Shown: positions 1 through 12,219 of the stretch, in pieces
How the letters are laid out: each line of letters starts with the position of its first letter
How positions within the stretch are numbered: the stretch's first letter is position 1
NCBI RefSeq assembly: GCF_041146345.1
Contig: NW_027191417.1
Coordinates: 558,001-622,000, forward strand
DNA: 64,000 nt
Direction: 5' to 3'
From: Neodothiora populina
Lineage: Eukaryota
The notes under the pieces: generated by a model
Seen by the model: the letters and a program-made list of their open reading frames with translations, nothing else
Told to the model about the DNA's origin: nothing
The model's database searches: none
Made by a program: the position numbers and the translations under genes

Positions 1-934
1 CCATTTCATCTTTGCGTTCGGCCGATCGGGACAGAGCAAATCGTGTGACTGGAAAGACTTTTTTGATGGCACCCCATGCTTCGAGCTGCAACTTCAGGGG
101 GTTCTTTTCCAGCAGCTCGTCGAACCATGCCATTTGTCCCACCTGCGATCATCAAATCAGCACAGTCAAACATCGAGAGGTTCAGCGGGATACATACCTT
201 GGCTGCATAAGAAAGAAAGCTTTGCAGAAATGCAACAATGCCGTCGACATCCTCATTTCTTTCAATGTATCCAAGTCGCTTGCTCCAAGTCAACTCGCCA
301 ATCACATCGAAAGCATAAAAGCGAAGCCATGTAGTCAGATCACAGCGTCCGCCATCGGATCCGGAGTACAACTCTCTGGTACGCTCGACGAAGACGTCCG
401 TTGTGCTGTCCACAAGTGGTTCGTAGCCCACCAGGGAAGACATGGCAAAAGCACTGTTGACACATCGGCGGAACTTTGCATGATAGTCTTCTGAACGTGT
501 ACTGAACAGTGACTGTAGACGCTTTCCCTTCGCAACAGCTTGCTGTACCGGGTAGAAAGCAGACTGTTGTATCACACAGGTCAGAATCCCGAATCGAGAG
601 CGCACTCAAAAGATAGAGGCTAGCAAACCTTGGTCATGCCCTTGTTGAGCCCATATATGATCTTGATAGCTTTCGGGTCCGCGAATGATAAGACATCAGG
701 GCCTAGTCTCACGATATCGCCATACTTCTTGTGCAACTCATTGTGTGTGATCTCGGGGTGTCCCGTCGACACATTCCAGAAGCGCCACCAACTGGTGTAA
801 CCAGCTAGAACAGGTCCTGGGTATTTGTTCAATCCCTTATAGAACTTATTGTACAACAGGTGTGCTGCCAGAAGAGCGCAAGTGAAGACAGGCCAGTGGG
901 CCTTGATGAGAGGTAGGACCTCTGATAGAAGCAT
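1..934 (-). CDS. Cytochrome P450 monooxygenase (pisatin demethylase/CYP57-like), 5' part; continues off the window start
   Basis: ATG at 934 (MLLSEVLPLIK), N-terminal membrane anchor, YPGP hinge, HKKYGDIVRLGPDVLSFADP, FYAFDVIGELTWSKRLG. GT-AG introns at 564-628 and 143-197 keep the frame. The heme Cys motif lies outside the window. Confidence 0.9.
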
Positions 935-2099
935 GTTCGGGTCGCTGGCTGACGTAGGCCGAGAGTGTATATCAGATTGCTCGGACTCGCTCTCCGGATT
1001 CGAGATTGAACTCCACAGCACGTAGTAATAATCCGCAATATGGAGGATTGAAAGAGCAGATTACGATGACAGAGGATAGAGAAAGAGAAGAGTCTTGAAT
1101 ATCTAACTTGAAACCATTCATTCAGCAACACAGAGGGCGATGCAAGCGTGTATATACACTTGACCATCAGAGGCATATCATACCTCTTCGGCAATTACAC
1201 ATGGTCGACTTGCCGGGCGACATACCAACCAACCTAGTTATAATGCAGCTAAGAAAGCGGCAGTTGATGGTTTCCCACCTCCGCAGTGTCGAAACTCACG
1301 ACAAAAGGAGCAAAATACCATCTGCCGAATGTTTTGGTGCTTGGGTCATAGCCCTGCCATGCAACGCCTTTATCAGCAGCGGTCCGCTCGCAGGCAGGTG
1401 ACCTTTTGCGTCCCGAGCGGATGACGATGTCGTTCGGCACGATTGGCGACGTGAGGGTTTGTCGCTTGAGCTAATCTGCTTCGACGACAAGACATCACAC
1501 GCTATCGTATTGAAGAAGTAAAGATGGTCGTCCTTCCATCATGCTGTCCAATTGTTACAAGGGCGAAAGTACTGTACTGACACGGTCTAAATGATGGGAT
1601 CTTGATTGCGGCCCGTACAGCGTACAGTAGTGGTACTGTAGACAAGCCTCTCCCCCAGTTTGACGTGTACCCCACAAACAAGTCCGCCTGGGGAAAGACG
1701 GAAAACGGGAAAGTGGGGAGGCTCAAAGGAGTCGGCAGATGCATCAGTATCAATTGCCGTGTTCTTGGTCAGCCATTGCCTTACATGATCCCCGTTCCAC
1801 AGTATGTTATGCACTGCTATCATGTGCATTGTAATAGTTCCCGAACCAATCGATGATAGCAAGAGACACCTGACGTCGTACGTGCGTCGCGGTAGAGGGA
1901 AGAAGGAGAAGGCGACAAGCGGTAAACCAAATTCTATCGGTCGGTCTAGGTGCGTACTGTGATCAACGCCTTCCCATGCAAACGCCCTTTGCAATGCTTC
2001 AATCGCCGAGTCCGCGGTGACCAAAGCCACGGGAAAGGGCTTCATGCTAGACGTCACTCGCTTGGGCATCAACTTTTTTTCCGTACTTCGTGCTCTCGT

Positions 2100-4240
2100 T
2101 CAACCAAAGGGGAAACCACCGGGGTAGCCCTGCTGCCTTCGTCCACCACCACCGCCGGATTGGAAACTGAAGCCACCACCACCTCCACCATTCATCATGT
2201 TGAACAAGACTTCGGGGTCGATGCCGCCGCCACCGAAACCTCCCATGCCTCCGTGCATACCACCACCTCCGCCGAACATGTCGGATGGATCCATCAGGTC
2301 CTCACCACTGTCGTAGCTAGCACGTTTTTGTGAATCGGACAAGGTCTCGTAGGCTTCGCCGATGTCCTTGAAGCGCTCTGCTGCCGTCTCGTCGCCTTGG
2401 TTCTGTGGAAGTAAAAATCAGTCAATGCTTCGCAAGACGAATTTGCTGAGACACGTACCTTGTCGGGATGGTGCACAATGGCGAGCTTGCGGTAAGCCTT
2501 CTTGATCTGCGTCTCATCTGCATCCTTTTCGACCCCTAGGATCTTGTAGTAATCCTTGCGCTTGCTCTTCTTGAGTTCCAGTTCGGCGCTGCGGATCTCC
2601 TTTGCAATACCGGGCTCCTCAGGGTTAGCTTCATGAATGGCCTTGAGTTCCTTGACTGCAGCCTCCCAATCGCCTGACTCGCCGAGCGCCTTTGCCTTGG
2701 TTTTCCTCGCCTTGGTGTAGCTTGGATCGAGTTGAAGTGCGCGTTCGCAGTCAGCAATAGCCTCGGTGTATTTCTTGAGCTAGTTTACTGTTAGTATGCG
2801 CGCAAGTCCGGGTTTGATCGTAACAATCACATACCTTGGTGTAACACAGTGCTCTGTTCTGCAGAATCTTAGAGTTGGTGCCGCGGTTCGTGGGGTCGAT
2901 GGCGAGGGCGTCTGTGTAGGTGGTGACGGCGTCTTGGTATTTTCCAGTCTTGAACTTGTTGTTGCCGTCTTCCTTGGTCTTGTTGAGCTTCTGGACCATG
3001 CGCAGATACTTGACAGCATCCTTGTAGTCAGGGTCGCAGCTGATGGCCTGGCGGAAATGTTGCAGGGCCTTGTCGTCCTCTCCTTGGGCGTACAGGGCTC
3101 GGCCTCTCAGGACCAAGGCTTCCGGGTCGGCGCTGTTGGCTCTCAGGAGACCCATGGCGACATTCTGAGCGTCTCCGAGGGCATTGACGTTGCCCATTTT
3201 CAGGAAGGCCTCGCCTCTAAGCAGTCTCCATTTCCGCGGCGGGCTGACTGTGGAACCGAGACCCTTTTCGGCTTCGTTGAGGGCGTGCAGGGCGAGAGAG
3301 CCCGAGGAGCCCTTTTGGATCTGCTCCTCGACCTCGCTGATGTGCTTGGCCATGGCTGCAGCAGGTGCACGATCTTTGGCAGAGACGGGAGGCTTGATGC
3401 TGTCGTAGATGTCCAGGGCTTCTTGTGGTCGGCCGAGGGAGGTGTAGATACGTGCCAAGCGGAGGAGAACTTTGGAGTTGTTGGGGTCGAGCTCGTCAGC
3501 GCGCTTGCAGTCCTCGAGAGCATCAACAAATTTGCCGGCGGACATGTAGGCGGCTGCCCTGTTGGAGAGGTATGTGGCATTCTGAGGTTCGGCTTGGACA
3601 GCTACAAGAGGAGGAGTTAGTGAAACAGTGAAACATCCTTTCGTGTCTGACGGACCTTTTGTGTATTCCTGGACGGCCTTCTCGTACTCTCGTGCCTTGA
3701 AGAACTTGTTGCCGGCAGCCTTGTAGGCCTCGGCATCTACGCTGGGCTGGGGCGGCGGACTTGAGCCATGAGGAGGAGGGGGTGGTGCAGCGGCGCCATT
3801 CGTCTGCGGCGCCGGGCTGGCAGAGGCAGGAGAAGGAGTAGCGATGTCTTCGTCGCCCATGATTGGCGATCTGACGCTCGAGCGTGACAATTGGGAGAGT
3901 TTGCGACGTTGCTCAGGCGGCAGATTTAGAGGGTGACTATCGGCGTCGTACTTGGGATTTAGCGACGAGCTTTTGCGGTGGCTTGTCTTGGTAGAGTTAT
4001 TGCGCTCAGTGGCAGTGGAAGAAGAGGAGTCTTTTGCGCGACGCTTTACTCTATTATCCTTGTCCAAAGGTTTGTTGGGCACTTGAGATTTGTTCGCCAA
4101 CAATTGTTTTTCAGGCGATGACGAAGGTGTGGATGCCTTGGACGATTTAGAATCTTGGGAATCTTTGGACTTGGCTGCAGCCGCTGTCTGGCTCTGACTC
4201 TGACTCTGACTTGTCGTCGGGTAGGGAGATGTGCTTTTGT

Positions 4241-4277
<37 letters not shown>

Positions 4278-4430
4278 CTTTGTGCTGTTCGAATCAACTG
4301 CGACTGCACCGGCACCGACACTTTTACTTTTGGCAGCTGCTGGGGAAGCGGCAAGACCAGGACTGCTGCTTTTTTTGTCTCCCGATGCAGAAGAAGACTG
4401 AGTCCTTGCAAAGAGTTTCGGAAGAACCAT
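2100..4430 (-). CDS. TPR-repeat DnaJ co-chaperone (DNAJC7/Tpr2-like)
   Basis: Low-complexity N-terminus, TPR repeats ([36 protein letters not shown]), J-domain DYYKILGV...[15 protein letters not shown] and a G/F-rich tail. Introns at 3602-3655, 2780-2833 and 2403-2458. Confidence 0.95.
4243..4275. repeat. (CTG)11 microsatellite encoding poly-Ser in the DnaJ-TPR protein
   Basis: Tandem repeat read directly from the sequence. Confidence 0.95.
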
Positions 4431-4698
4431 TGAGCTTACCTTACCTTACTCGACTCGCACACACACTCACTAAGCTGGTCAAGTCAGGCATCCGTTGCCG
4501 CGCCCGGACACTGACATTATTCGCAAAGAGTTTCCAACGATTGTCTGTGCTTGACAAGGAACCTTCGAGAATCGCTCGGGGTACTGTACTTTGTATAATA
4601 CAGGTAACTGTGCAGCGCAGTGCTGCTGCATTTTTATCATCTTTTTTGGACGCTGCTTGCTGAGTCAGGAGTTAATCTATTGTGCGCTGCAGCGAAAG

Positions 4699-4738
4699 CT
4701 CTGCTCTGCTCTGCTCTGCTCTGCTCTGCTCTGCTCTG
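4699..4738. repeat. (CTCTG)8 pentanucleotide microsatellite in the divergent DnaJ/HUT1 intergenic region
   Basis: Tandem repeat read directly from the sequence. Confidence 0.95.
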
Positions 4739-5661
4739 ATTATTCTCATTGGGTTGCAGTGGAACTCCTGCTTATGTCTGTATTTGTGAATATTGTGAAC
4801 GAGGTACCTCACCTGCAGGTATCAGTATAGCCAACCTTATTTCCAGCCAATCGCGGATTATGATACCTTGAGGTCGGGTACTCTCTACTGTGTCTTTGTA
4901 CCGCGACTCGTGTACTAGGATTCACCAACCATAATCGCTTAGCGAACAGCCGGATTGGCTTACTTAGCGTACCGTACGACAGGAAAATGATACTTATGAC
5001 CAACACCACACTCCTCTTCATGAGCTTTGTGAGGGAAGTCTTCTAGACTCATGAGACTTGACTTTGACTCGGGTAGAAAGCAACAAGTGAATCATAGGTA
5101 CACAGTGACAGTATCTGTCTAGCGCTAGGTCACTTTGAGATTATAATTTTGTGAGTACCCGTGTACTGTATATGCGCTCGCCTACCACAGGTCGCCGTAT
5201 TATAGGAACAACGATAGCAGAACGACATGGCTGAACAGATTCCCAAATCACGCAGTTCCTTCCTTCCTAGTCTTTTCCTAACATAAACTGTCGTCCGATG
5301 AGTTAGTTATACCATGCTCAGACAACCACCAAAACACATCACCTTTCCACTACGCGACATCAGCTGTAGCATTTCCATTTCGAGTCTAGTGCATTCCTCG
5401 ACGCCGCTAAATCCAACTTCGAGACAGCTGTGCTCTCCCTTTATCAAATATTTACCTTCCATCGCGATTCGTGATTCCTCTTCGGGTGTGTTTCTTCAAT
5501 AAGTCTGATAGATAGTCTAGTGGTACGAATAATCTCCGCTTGCCCGAATATTTCACAAGGGCAAATCCTGGGACTTGCAACAAAGAAAAAAAGCAGAGAA
5601 GTGTAGCGGGCTCGATTGCTTGCATCTTGGCGGTAGTATCAACCGAGTCGAACGTAGGAAA

Positions 5662-6992
5662 ATGGCCAGTAATGGCGCGCTGAAGCAGAGGAAGCCCAAT
5701 GGCTCTGCCGAGCACGATGGAGTCCTCGATCACGAGAACAAGACTCTGACGCCCAAGGAGTCATCTTCTGGGAGTCCCCAGACAGTGGCGACCCTAATGA
5801 TCTGTGTAGGGGGTATCTACGCATCCTTGTAAGCATTCCTTTTCTATATGTTCTCCTTTTCTGCGTGATGATAACAGTAAGAATTATAGCTTGACATGGG
5901 GTATCCTGCAAGAGCGCATAACGACAACCGTCTACGGAACCGCCACCTCGCCAGAGAGATTTCACTCTCCGGTAGTGGTCAACACCGTGCAGTCCATTTT
6001 CGCAGCCGCACTGGGCTACATCTACCTTTTGCTATCTCGAAAAACCCCCTCTGACCTGCCCATCTACCCGACCCGACAGATCTTGCTGCCCATGCTCATG
6101 GTATCGTTCACCTCTTCCTTGGCGTCTCCTTTCGGCTATGCGAGTCTGAAGTACGTCGACTACATCACCTTCACGCTAGCCAAATCGTGCAAACTGCTCC
6201 CCGTGATGCTTCTGCACGTGACGCTGTTCGGAAGGCGATACCCCTGGTACAAGTACCTAGTGGTGCTCCTCGTGACAGCAGGAGTAGCCATCTTCACCCT
6301 CCACCAGCCTTCCAAGAAGCCCTCATCAAAATCCTCGGCGAGCAGCAAAGACAACAACAGCCTGATCGGCCTCGCCCTGCTCTCCGTAAACCTCCTCTTC
6401 GACGGCCTAACAAACAGCACCCAAGACCACATCTACAAGGCCTTCAGGCCCTACACGGGCCAGCAGATGATGTGCGGGCTGAACATCCTGTCGACGCTCA
6501 TGACGACGACATATCTCATGTTCGAGCCCTTTCTGTCCGTCACCGAAGCCGGCGCCTTTTTTGGTATGAAGCCCGGCGACGGGGAATTATCCCGCGCTTT
6601 GGACTTTGTCAGTCGACACCCTGGTGTTGGCTGGGATATTCTGGGTTTCGCGGCTTGTGGCGCGCTGGGCCAGGTTTTCATCTGTGAGTCGTTTTCACCC
6701 TTCCCCTCCTCCCTCTCCTCCCCGCGAACGGAATCACGGAGAGAGAGACTAGTACTGACCGAAATCGAAAGTCTACACCCTCTCGACCTTCGGCTCTCTG
6801 CTTCTGGTAACGGTAACCGTGACGCGCAAGATGCTGACCATGATTTTGTCTGTGGTGTGGTTCGGCCACCGGCTGTCGCCCATGCAGTGGCTGGGTGTCG
6901 GGCTGGTGTTTGGCGGTGTCGGCGTCGAGGCGCAACTCAGTAAGCAGGAGAAGAGGCAGAAGGGGAAGCCTGTGGAGAAGAAGAAGAATTAG
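5662..6992 (+). CDS. HUT1: UDP-galactose transporter homolog 1 (SLC35B1/UAA family)
   Basis: ICVGGIYASFLTWGILQERI, ASPFGYASL, LAKSCKLLPVM, NLLFDGLTNSTQD, VTVTRKMLT, and a C-terminal KKKN ER-retrieval signal. Introns at 5829-5889 and 6684-6771. Confidence 0.95.
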
Positions 6993-7354
6993 TCTTTTTT
7001 CTGCTTTTATTCTTCTTCTTCTCGCCCAAGCAGTGATCTTTTTGGGCTTCTTTCCGGGTGGTTTGGGACAAAAGAACAAAAGTCTATGGTTGGGATCGTG
7101 CATGTGCTGGTCACTGGGTCTTGGATTAGGGACTAGAGCAATAGCTGTTTCCTTCTTGCATATGTGCGCTTGCAAAAACAAAACGCGCTCGATGCAAGGT
7201 TATGTCCTTTAGATGTCCTGTACGATAATAGAGATAAAATAGACTTTCAGACAAAAATATGGTAAAGCACTGAAGCATTCGTGTCGCATTTTATAAAGGG
7301 CTACTGTTGCAAGTAAAGCTAAGCGGAGGAACCGATGAGGACTACACCATCGCA

Positions 7355-9721
7355 CTAGGCCTGGCTCTTTCTTGGGCCGGAAATGGGTGTCTTCGCACCC
7401 CTTTCTCTCTCATAGTAAGACTTGCAATGCTTGCACACAACAAGACCGCAGCAAAAACAGTACCATGCTCTTTGCTGGTCATCGGCAGATTCAGTCTCCT
7501 CTGCGCGAGCCTTTGCCTTCGCGCGGGCGTCTCCATGTTTCTGGTTGGGTCTCTTTTTCGCGTGGACCACTGTGAAGCAGCGATTACATTCGAGCTTTAG
7601 CGGGTAACCGGTAGCGATCTTCCTAGCCTCGATGTTGTGCCGTTGGAAGTAGTGCTCGCAGAACCATGCGGTATCTGCATCATTGGGTTCGTCAGGCTCT
7701 CGACCCACATTGAGATTGCCCTCCCATCTCCGAGCACCTCCAGCATCAAGGTCAAATTTGGTGGCTTCAGTCATGCTCGTGTCAAGTGGTGCCGCAAGAC
7801 CCAAGGATGGAACCTCCTCCATCTCCTGACGCTGTGACTGCGCAACAGCTGCAGCATCAGCAGTACGCTTCGAACCATCATCAGGTACTTGAGATGCCTG
7901 ATCCATCTCATCTAGATCAGAGTAATCACTGTGGATGTCTTCCTCGTAGTCAGCGGTTTCGTCCGAATCACAACCCTCTGAGTTGCATAACTGGATTGGT
8001 TTTGTGCAGTAGTAGCACCAGTGTGCTCCACAATTGCACTGGATGTGGCGACATCCATACATCTTCTTGACCGCTTGCCCACACTTGGGACACTGTTTGT
8101 AGCCCAAGGCTTGTAGCATGGCTGCATCCTCCTCTGTAGTATCAGGGGCGCACGCCACACCTGGATGCGCGACTTTTTTGCATGAAAGGCAGATACTGGC
8201 GCGGCACTTTGGGCAAGCAAAGCAATCACGTTCGGGGTGAGCTTCTGAGTCTTTGCGTTTGAGGTCGCCTCTGACCTGATCAAGCTCGGCATAGAACAAG
8301 TCCTTCAGCCGAACGCCCGCGGTGCGAAGATACTCGGACTCGGCATCATCAGATACATCGTCATCAGACAAAAACAGGTCAATGTCGTAAGTCAGGCGCT
8401 CCAGAGCCGAATAGTAATGTGTCTCAAGCCGCATCTCGATAAATTTGAGGGACAGGAATAGCTCCTCAGCCTTCTTCCATTCGCGACTCTCGGCCTCTTC
8501 GGGAGATGACGAACCTCCATAGCACCTGACCACAACTATGGCGAGAACGGTCTGGATTATCGATACCAATTGTGGCTCCAATACTTCCCAGGCGACTATA
8601 TATGGCCCAACAGGAGAGACAATGTATCGATCCGGTATGAAGGTCGAGCACGACTCGATGGGGCAGTAGGTCTTTGAAGTTGACAGCCATTCTTCGAACT
8701 TGGAGCGGAAGCGTTGTGCATCTTCCTTGGTCATGTAGGGCAATGCTACGGAAAGCTGAATCATTGTACAGCAACGAGGTGGCATCATCGTGTTGTCCTG
8801 TACAGCCCACGCAAACATCCTACCAAGACAATCGGTGCAGTAGGGACTCCTGCATTCGATACAGGGCTGGATCAATGTTGTGATTTCGTCGTCACAGCAG
8901 ATGATGCATGTTTTCGCCTGCGCCGCAGCCTTTCTTCGCTGATATTGCCGAAGAGTTCTCGAAGTGACAGTGTCTGTCAACCCAAGCTCGATGACAGTGT
9001 CACGGTCACTCTCTCCCGAGGTCTGCGGAGCGGGCGCGGAATTGACCGGGAGCGGTGGGAAACGCGTTAACGTGCGAGTCCATGGGGCGATCCAAGTATC
9101 GGCAGGAGTGTCATCTGCAATGAGCCCTGACATCCCAGCGAGATGGGATCTTGGTCGCCTCTGACGGCTTGTCTGTAGCATATGCGTGTCTGCATGCGAC
9201 CGTCCCTGGTCAAATGCCGAGGGATCAGCGCTCGGGACAGGAGTAGGTCTTGAGGGATTTGAAGAGTCATCAGAGAACGAGTGACCCCGGTGACGGCGCT
9301 GAGATGGCACAATCGCGCGTTCGTTGATGTCTTCGAGCTGGATTAGACTACGATGCGAGACGAGCACCTGACTCTCATCGTTCTGTTGCGATGAGCCCAT
9401 ATCCTCTATCGCATTCGCGTGCGATAGGAAAGAGACGACAGCGGTGGAGGTCGCCGTACTGGTGAAGGAGAAGGTCGAGTGGGGCAGCGCCGATTGGGTC
9501 TGCTGCTGAAAAGGTGCAGTAGGATCGAAACTACGTGCACGCTGGCCATGCGTGTTGGTGCGCAAGGACGTCATTGAACGCTCAGCAACTTCCTCGGTGC
9601 GATGAATCTTTCTCGGTAGTTCTGTTATCTCATCTGCGAGACTCGTCGAGTCTCTGTCTGTCTCGTCCGCACCTGCTGCCCTATTCTCACCTAGGAGACG
9701 GCGTCGAGGATGATGAGACAT
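7355..9721 (-). CDS. RBR-type (RING1-IBR-Rcat) E3 ubiquitin ligase with a large insertion in the IBR and an extra C-terminal Cys-rich finger
   Basis: Intronless ORF from ATG 9721. RING1 CIICC...CIEC...YCTDCL...PPRCC; split IBR YCPIESC...CPKCRASICLSCKKVAH; Rcat QCPKCGQAVKKMYGCRHIQCNCGAHWCYYC with the catalytic Cys. Confidence 0.9.
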   Translation of the reverse strand: MSHHPRRRLLGENRAAGADETDRDSTSLADEITELPRKIHRTEEVAERSMTSLRTNTHGQRARSFDPTAPFQQQTQSALPHSTFSFTSTATSTAVVSFLSHANAIEDMGSSQQNDESQVLVSHRSLIQLEDINERAIVPSQRRHRGHSFSDDSSNPSRPTPVPSADPSAFDQGRSHADTHMLQTSRQRRPRSHLAGMSGLIADDTPADTWIAPWTRTLTRFPPLPVNSAPAPQTSGESDRDTVIELGLTDTVTSRTLRQYQRRKAAAQAKTCIICCDDEITTLIQPCIECRSPYCTDCLGRMFAWAVQDNTMMPPRCCTMIQLSVALPYMTKEDAQRFRSKFEEWLSTSKTYCPIESCSTFIPDRYIVSPVGPYIVAWEVLEPQLVSIIQTVLAIVVVRCYGGSSSPEEAESREWKKAEELFLSLKFIEMRLETHYYSALERLTYDIDLFLSDDDVSDDAESEYLRTAGVRLKDLFYAELDQVRGDLKRKDSEAHPERDCFACPKCRASICLSCKKVAHPGVACAPDTTEEDAAMLQALGYKQCPKCGQAVKKMYGCRHIQCNCGAHWCYYCTKPIQLCNSEGCDSDETADYEEDIHSDYSDLDEMDQASQVPDDGSKRTADAAAVAQSQRQEMEEVPSLGLAAPLDTSMTEATKFDLDAGGARRWEGNLNVGREPDEPNDADTAWFCEHYFQRHNIEARKIATGYPLKLECNRCFTVVHAKKRPNQKHGDARAKAKARAEETESADDQQRAWYCFCCGLVVCKHCKSYYERERGAKTPISGPRKSQA

Positions 9722-10531
9722 TGCAAACTGGGTTTCGGTCAATACTGCTGGCTTGATGGATCTGATGGAATACAACTCACTATCAGTGCAGATCAAAGTG
9801 AAGATCCGATGCTGGATGTATCCTTGTTCTCACCGCAAGGGATACCACTACGAAATGGTATGCTTATGTCTGCTCGTCAGATCGGACATGAAACGTTAAA
9901 GTCTGTAAAATTGTTGATGAAAAGGTTCAGACCAGGTGGAAGGCCGATGGACGCAGCACGCTATAGATCACTTGCGCGTCTGCCTAGATGTGATTTCGAT
10001 TAAAAGCAAATGAAAAGGGGAAAGGGGTCAATTCAGCGATACACTACACACTCAGAGTGAAATGAGGGCTGAGTGAAGCACAGTAGCGACGGGCCAATCC
10101 GAGCACGAGAGGATGGTAAGATGCATTACCTGGAACAAGATAGGATAGGTAAGCAGAAGAGATGAAGGTTGAGTGAAGGTCAGATACATGTCGTAGACGT
10201 CGTACCTGCCTGGACCAGTGAAGGCAGGAGCGACATCCTCGTGCACGAGCCATGGAATACAACTTCGACCTCTCACATAACTACCGTGGGTAAGGGCGTA
10301 GACACAGACAAGACGAATGGTGACTCCGAGACCTAGGGAGGGCTATCGCTAAGATTTCTAGCATCATATGTACCTTCGTGCGGTCAGATAAAATACAGTA
10401 TGCATTGACGTTCTGGGATAAGAGCTGAACGTACCTATCTCCTTGAGTCTAATCGCCCTCTGTAGTGCATTTGTTTCAATGTAACCATTTCATTACCATA
10501 ATGCATTGGAATTCCTCCCTTGGACGCCGTC

Positions 10532-12219
10532 CTACTTGCTCCCATTCTGTTTGTTCTTGCCATGCTTCACTAGCCAGGTCAAGAGATCAACTTTCGTCAC
10601 GACAGCTACAGCCTTCAGCCCCTTCTTGTCCCCCGATGCCTGCTCGGTGACTATGGCAGCCGAGTTCCATTCGAAGAACTTGCTGAGTGCACTCAACTTG
10701 GTGTCCTTTGTGATCTCGACAAAGTTTCTTCTGCTAGGATGACTCTCCTGCTCCGAGGTGGCGACACTCTTGGCTCTCTCCTCAGGAGTCTTGATATCCA
10801 CAAGTTGAGGGTTAGTGACGATCTCGCTCAGCTTGGTGAAGTTGAACATGACATCGCTGACAGGGCTATCGGCAGAAGCACGACCGGAGGAAAGATAGGA
10901 GAGGAGGTTTCCAAGAGTCACCAGGCCTACGAGGCGCGATGAAGAAGAGGATGAAACAGGCAGCTGATCGAAACCCTTGTCTCTCATGGTCTCGATGGCT
11001 TCACCGCAGTGCGAGTTTGCCGAGATGGTAGTCACGGGTTTCAGACGGAGGTCGTTGATGGTAGCGTTGCCGTAGCCATCGTCCTTGTCGGAGGGCTTGA
11101 CGTCAGGTGAAGAGGGTGCAGAGCGAGGTGGTGTTGGTGGAAGAAGATCATTCGCGGCTAGCCAGTCATCGTCGACGAACTGTCGGAAATGTCAGTCATG
11201 TCACTAGATTGGGGCAGACATCAACAAAGCTTGCGTGGACTTGCCTTGCTGAGGTAGCTTCTGATGCTGTCTGGTAGGATGACTACAACTGTGTCATCGC
11301 TGGTGAGTTTGAGATCAACGCATGCGCGTACGCAAGCAGCCATGGCGCTGCCACTGCTTCCTCCCACAAGCAGGCCCTCCTCCTTTATCAGACGCCTAGC
11401 AAAGTCGAAGCTCACGACGTCGTCAGTCTTGTACCATGTATCGACACCTTTCTGATCGAGGACGTCGGGGATAAAGTCGTAGCCAATACCCTCGACCTTG
11501 TAGGGTCGGTCTCTGAAGTCGTCGTTCAGCGCCGCTGGCAAGGCCAAAATACTGCCTTGCGGATCCGCAGCGATGATATTGATGTCTTTCTTGTGTTTCC
11601 TGAGGCCCCTGGCAAGACCAGTAATTGTACCTCCCGTGCCAGCGCCGGCAACCAAGGCCGTGATATTCCCTTCTGTCTGCTTCCAGATCTCTTCGGCCGT
11701 GCCCAGCTCGTGTGCCAGTGGGTTGTCAGGATTGCTGTACTGATCCAAGATGACAGCACCTGGTATCTCCTTTTCCAAGCGTCTTGCAACACCGATGTGA
11801 CTCTCAGGGCTGTCGTATGCGGCCTGTGTAGGTGTCCTGATGATCTCAGCACCCAGCGCTTTGAGCACGGCGACTTTCTCGGGCGACATCTTCTCAGGCA
11901 ATGTAATGATTGTTTTGTAGCCTTTGATGGCACCGACAAGAGCGAGACCGATGCCAGTGTTGCCAGAAGTAGGCTCAATCAGTGTCGTTTTCGAGGGATG
12001 GATCCGACCCGAGGCTTCAGCTCCTTCAATCATTCGTAACGCAATGCGATCCTTGACGCTGCCCCCTGCGTTGAAGTACTCGAGCTTGGCGTAGATGGTG
12101 GGCTTCAGACCCAGAGACTGAGGAATCTTGTTCAGTCGAACGAGAGGTGTATTGCCAATCTGTTCGGTCACTGACTGCATCACCACTGGCGGGTGGCGGG
12201 GATGTGATTTTATCGACAT
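10532..12219 (-). CDS. CYS4: Cystathionine beta-synthase
   Basis: IGNTPLVRLN, KLEYFNAGGSVKDRIA (PLP lysine), EPTSGNTG, GAGTGGT, SIRSYLSK|FVDDDWL and C-terminal CBS domains. One GC-AG intron at 11180-11244. Confidence 0.97.

Noticed and set aside
1..934. P450 or decarboxylase-like gene as a sign of a secondary-metabolite cluster
   Set aside because: No PKS, NRPS or terpene synthase in the window and the neighbours are housekeeping genes; sequence left of the window cannot be assessed
2796..3620. Long antisense and alternate-frame ORFs over real genes (also 27053-27673, 34290-34916, 40724-41452, 49521-50414, 56345-57139, 62064-62780)
   Set aside because: Shadow ORFs produced by codon bias of the true CDS; they contain no protein motifs
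3602..3655. Stop-free introns with length divisible by three (also 30463-30516, 34250-34303, 45216-45266, 45474-45527) that the ORF track reads through
   Set aside because: They have canonical splice and branch signals and interrupt conserved motifs. Five out of roughly 40 short introns is about what chance predicts, so they are an annotation trap rather than evidence of regulation.
4433..4449. Triple GTAAG donor-like repeat just upstream of the DnaJ-TPR ATG (minus strand)
   Set aside because: No convincing branch point and acceptor found; more simply a short pentamer repeat
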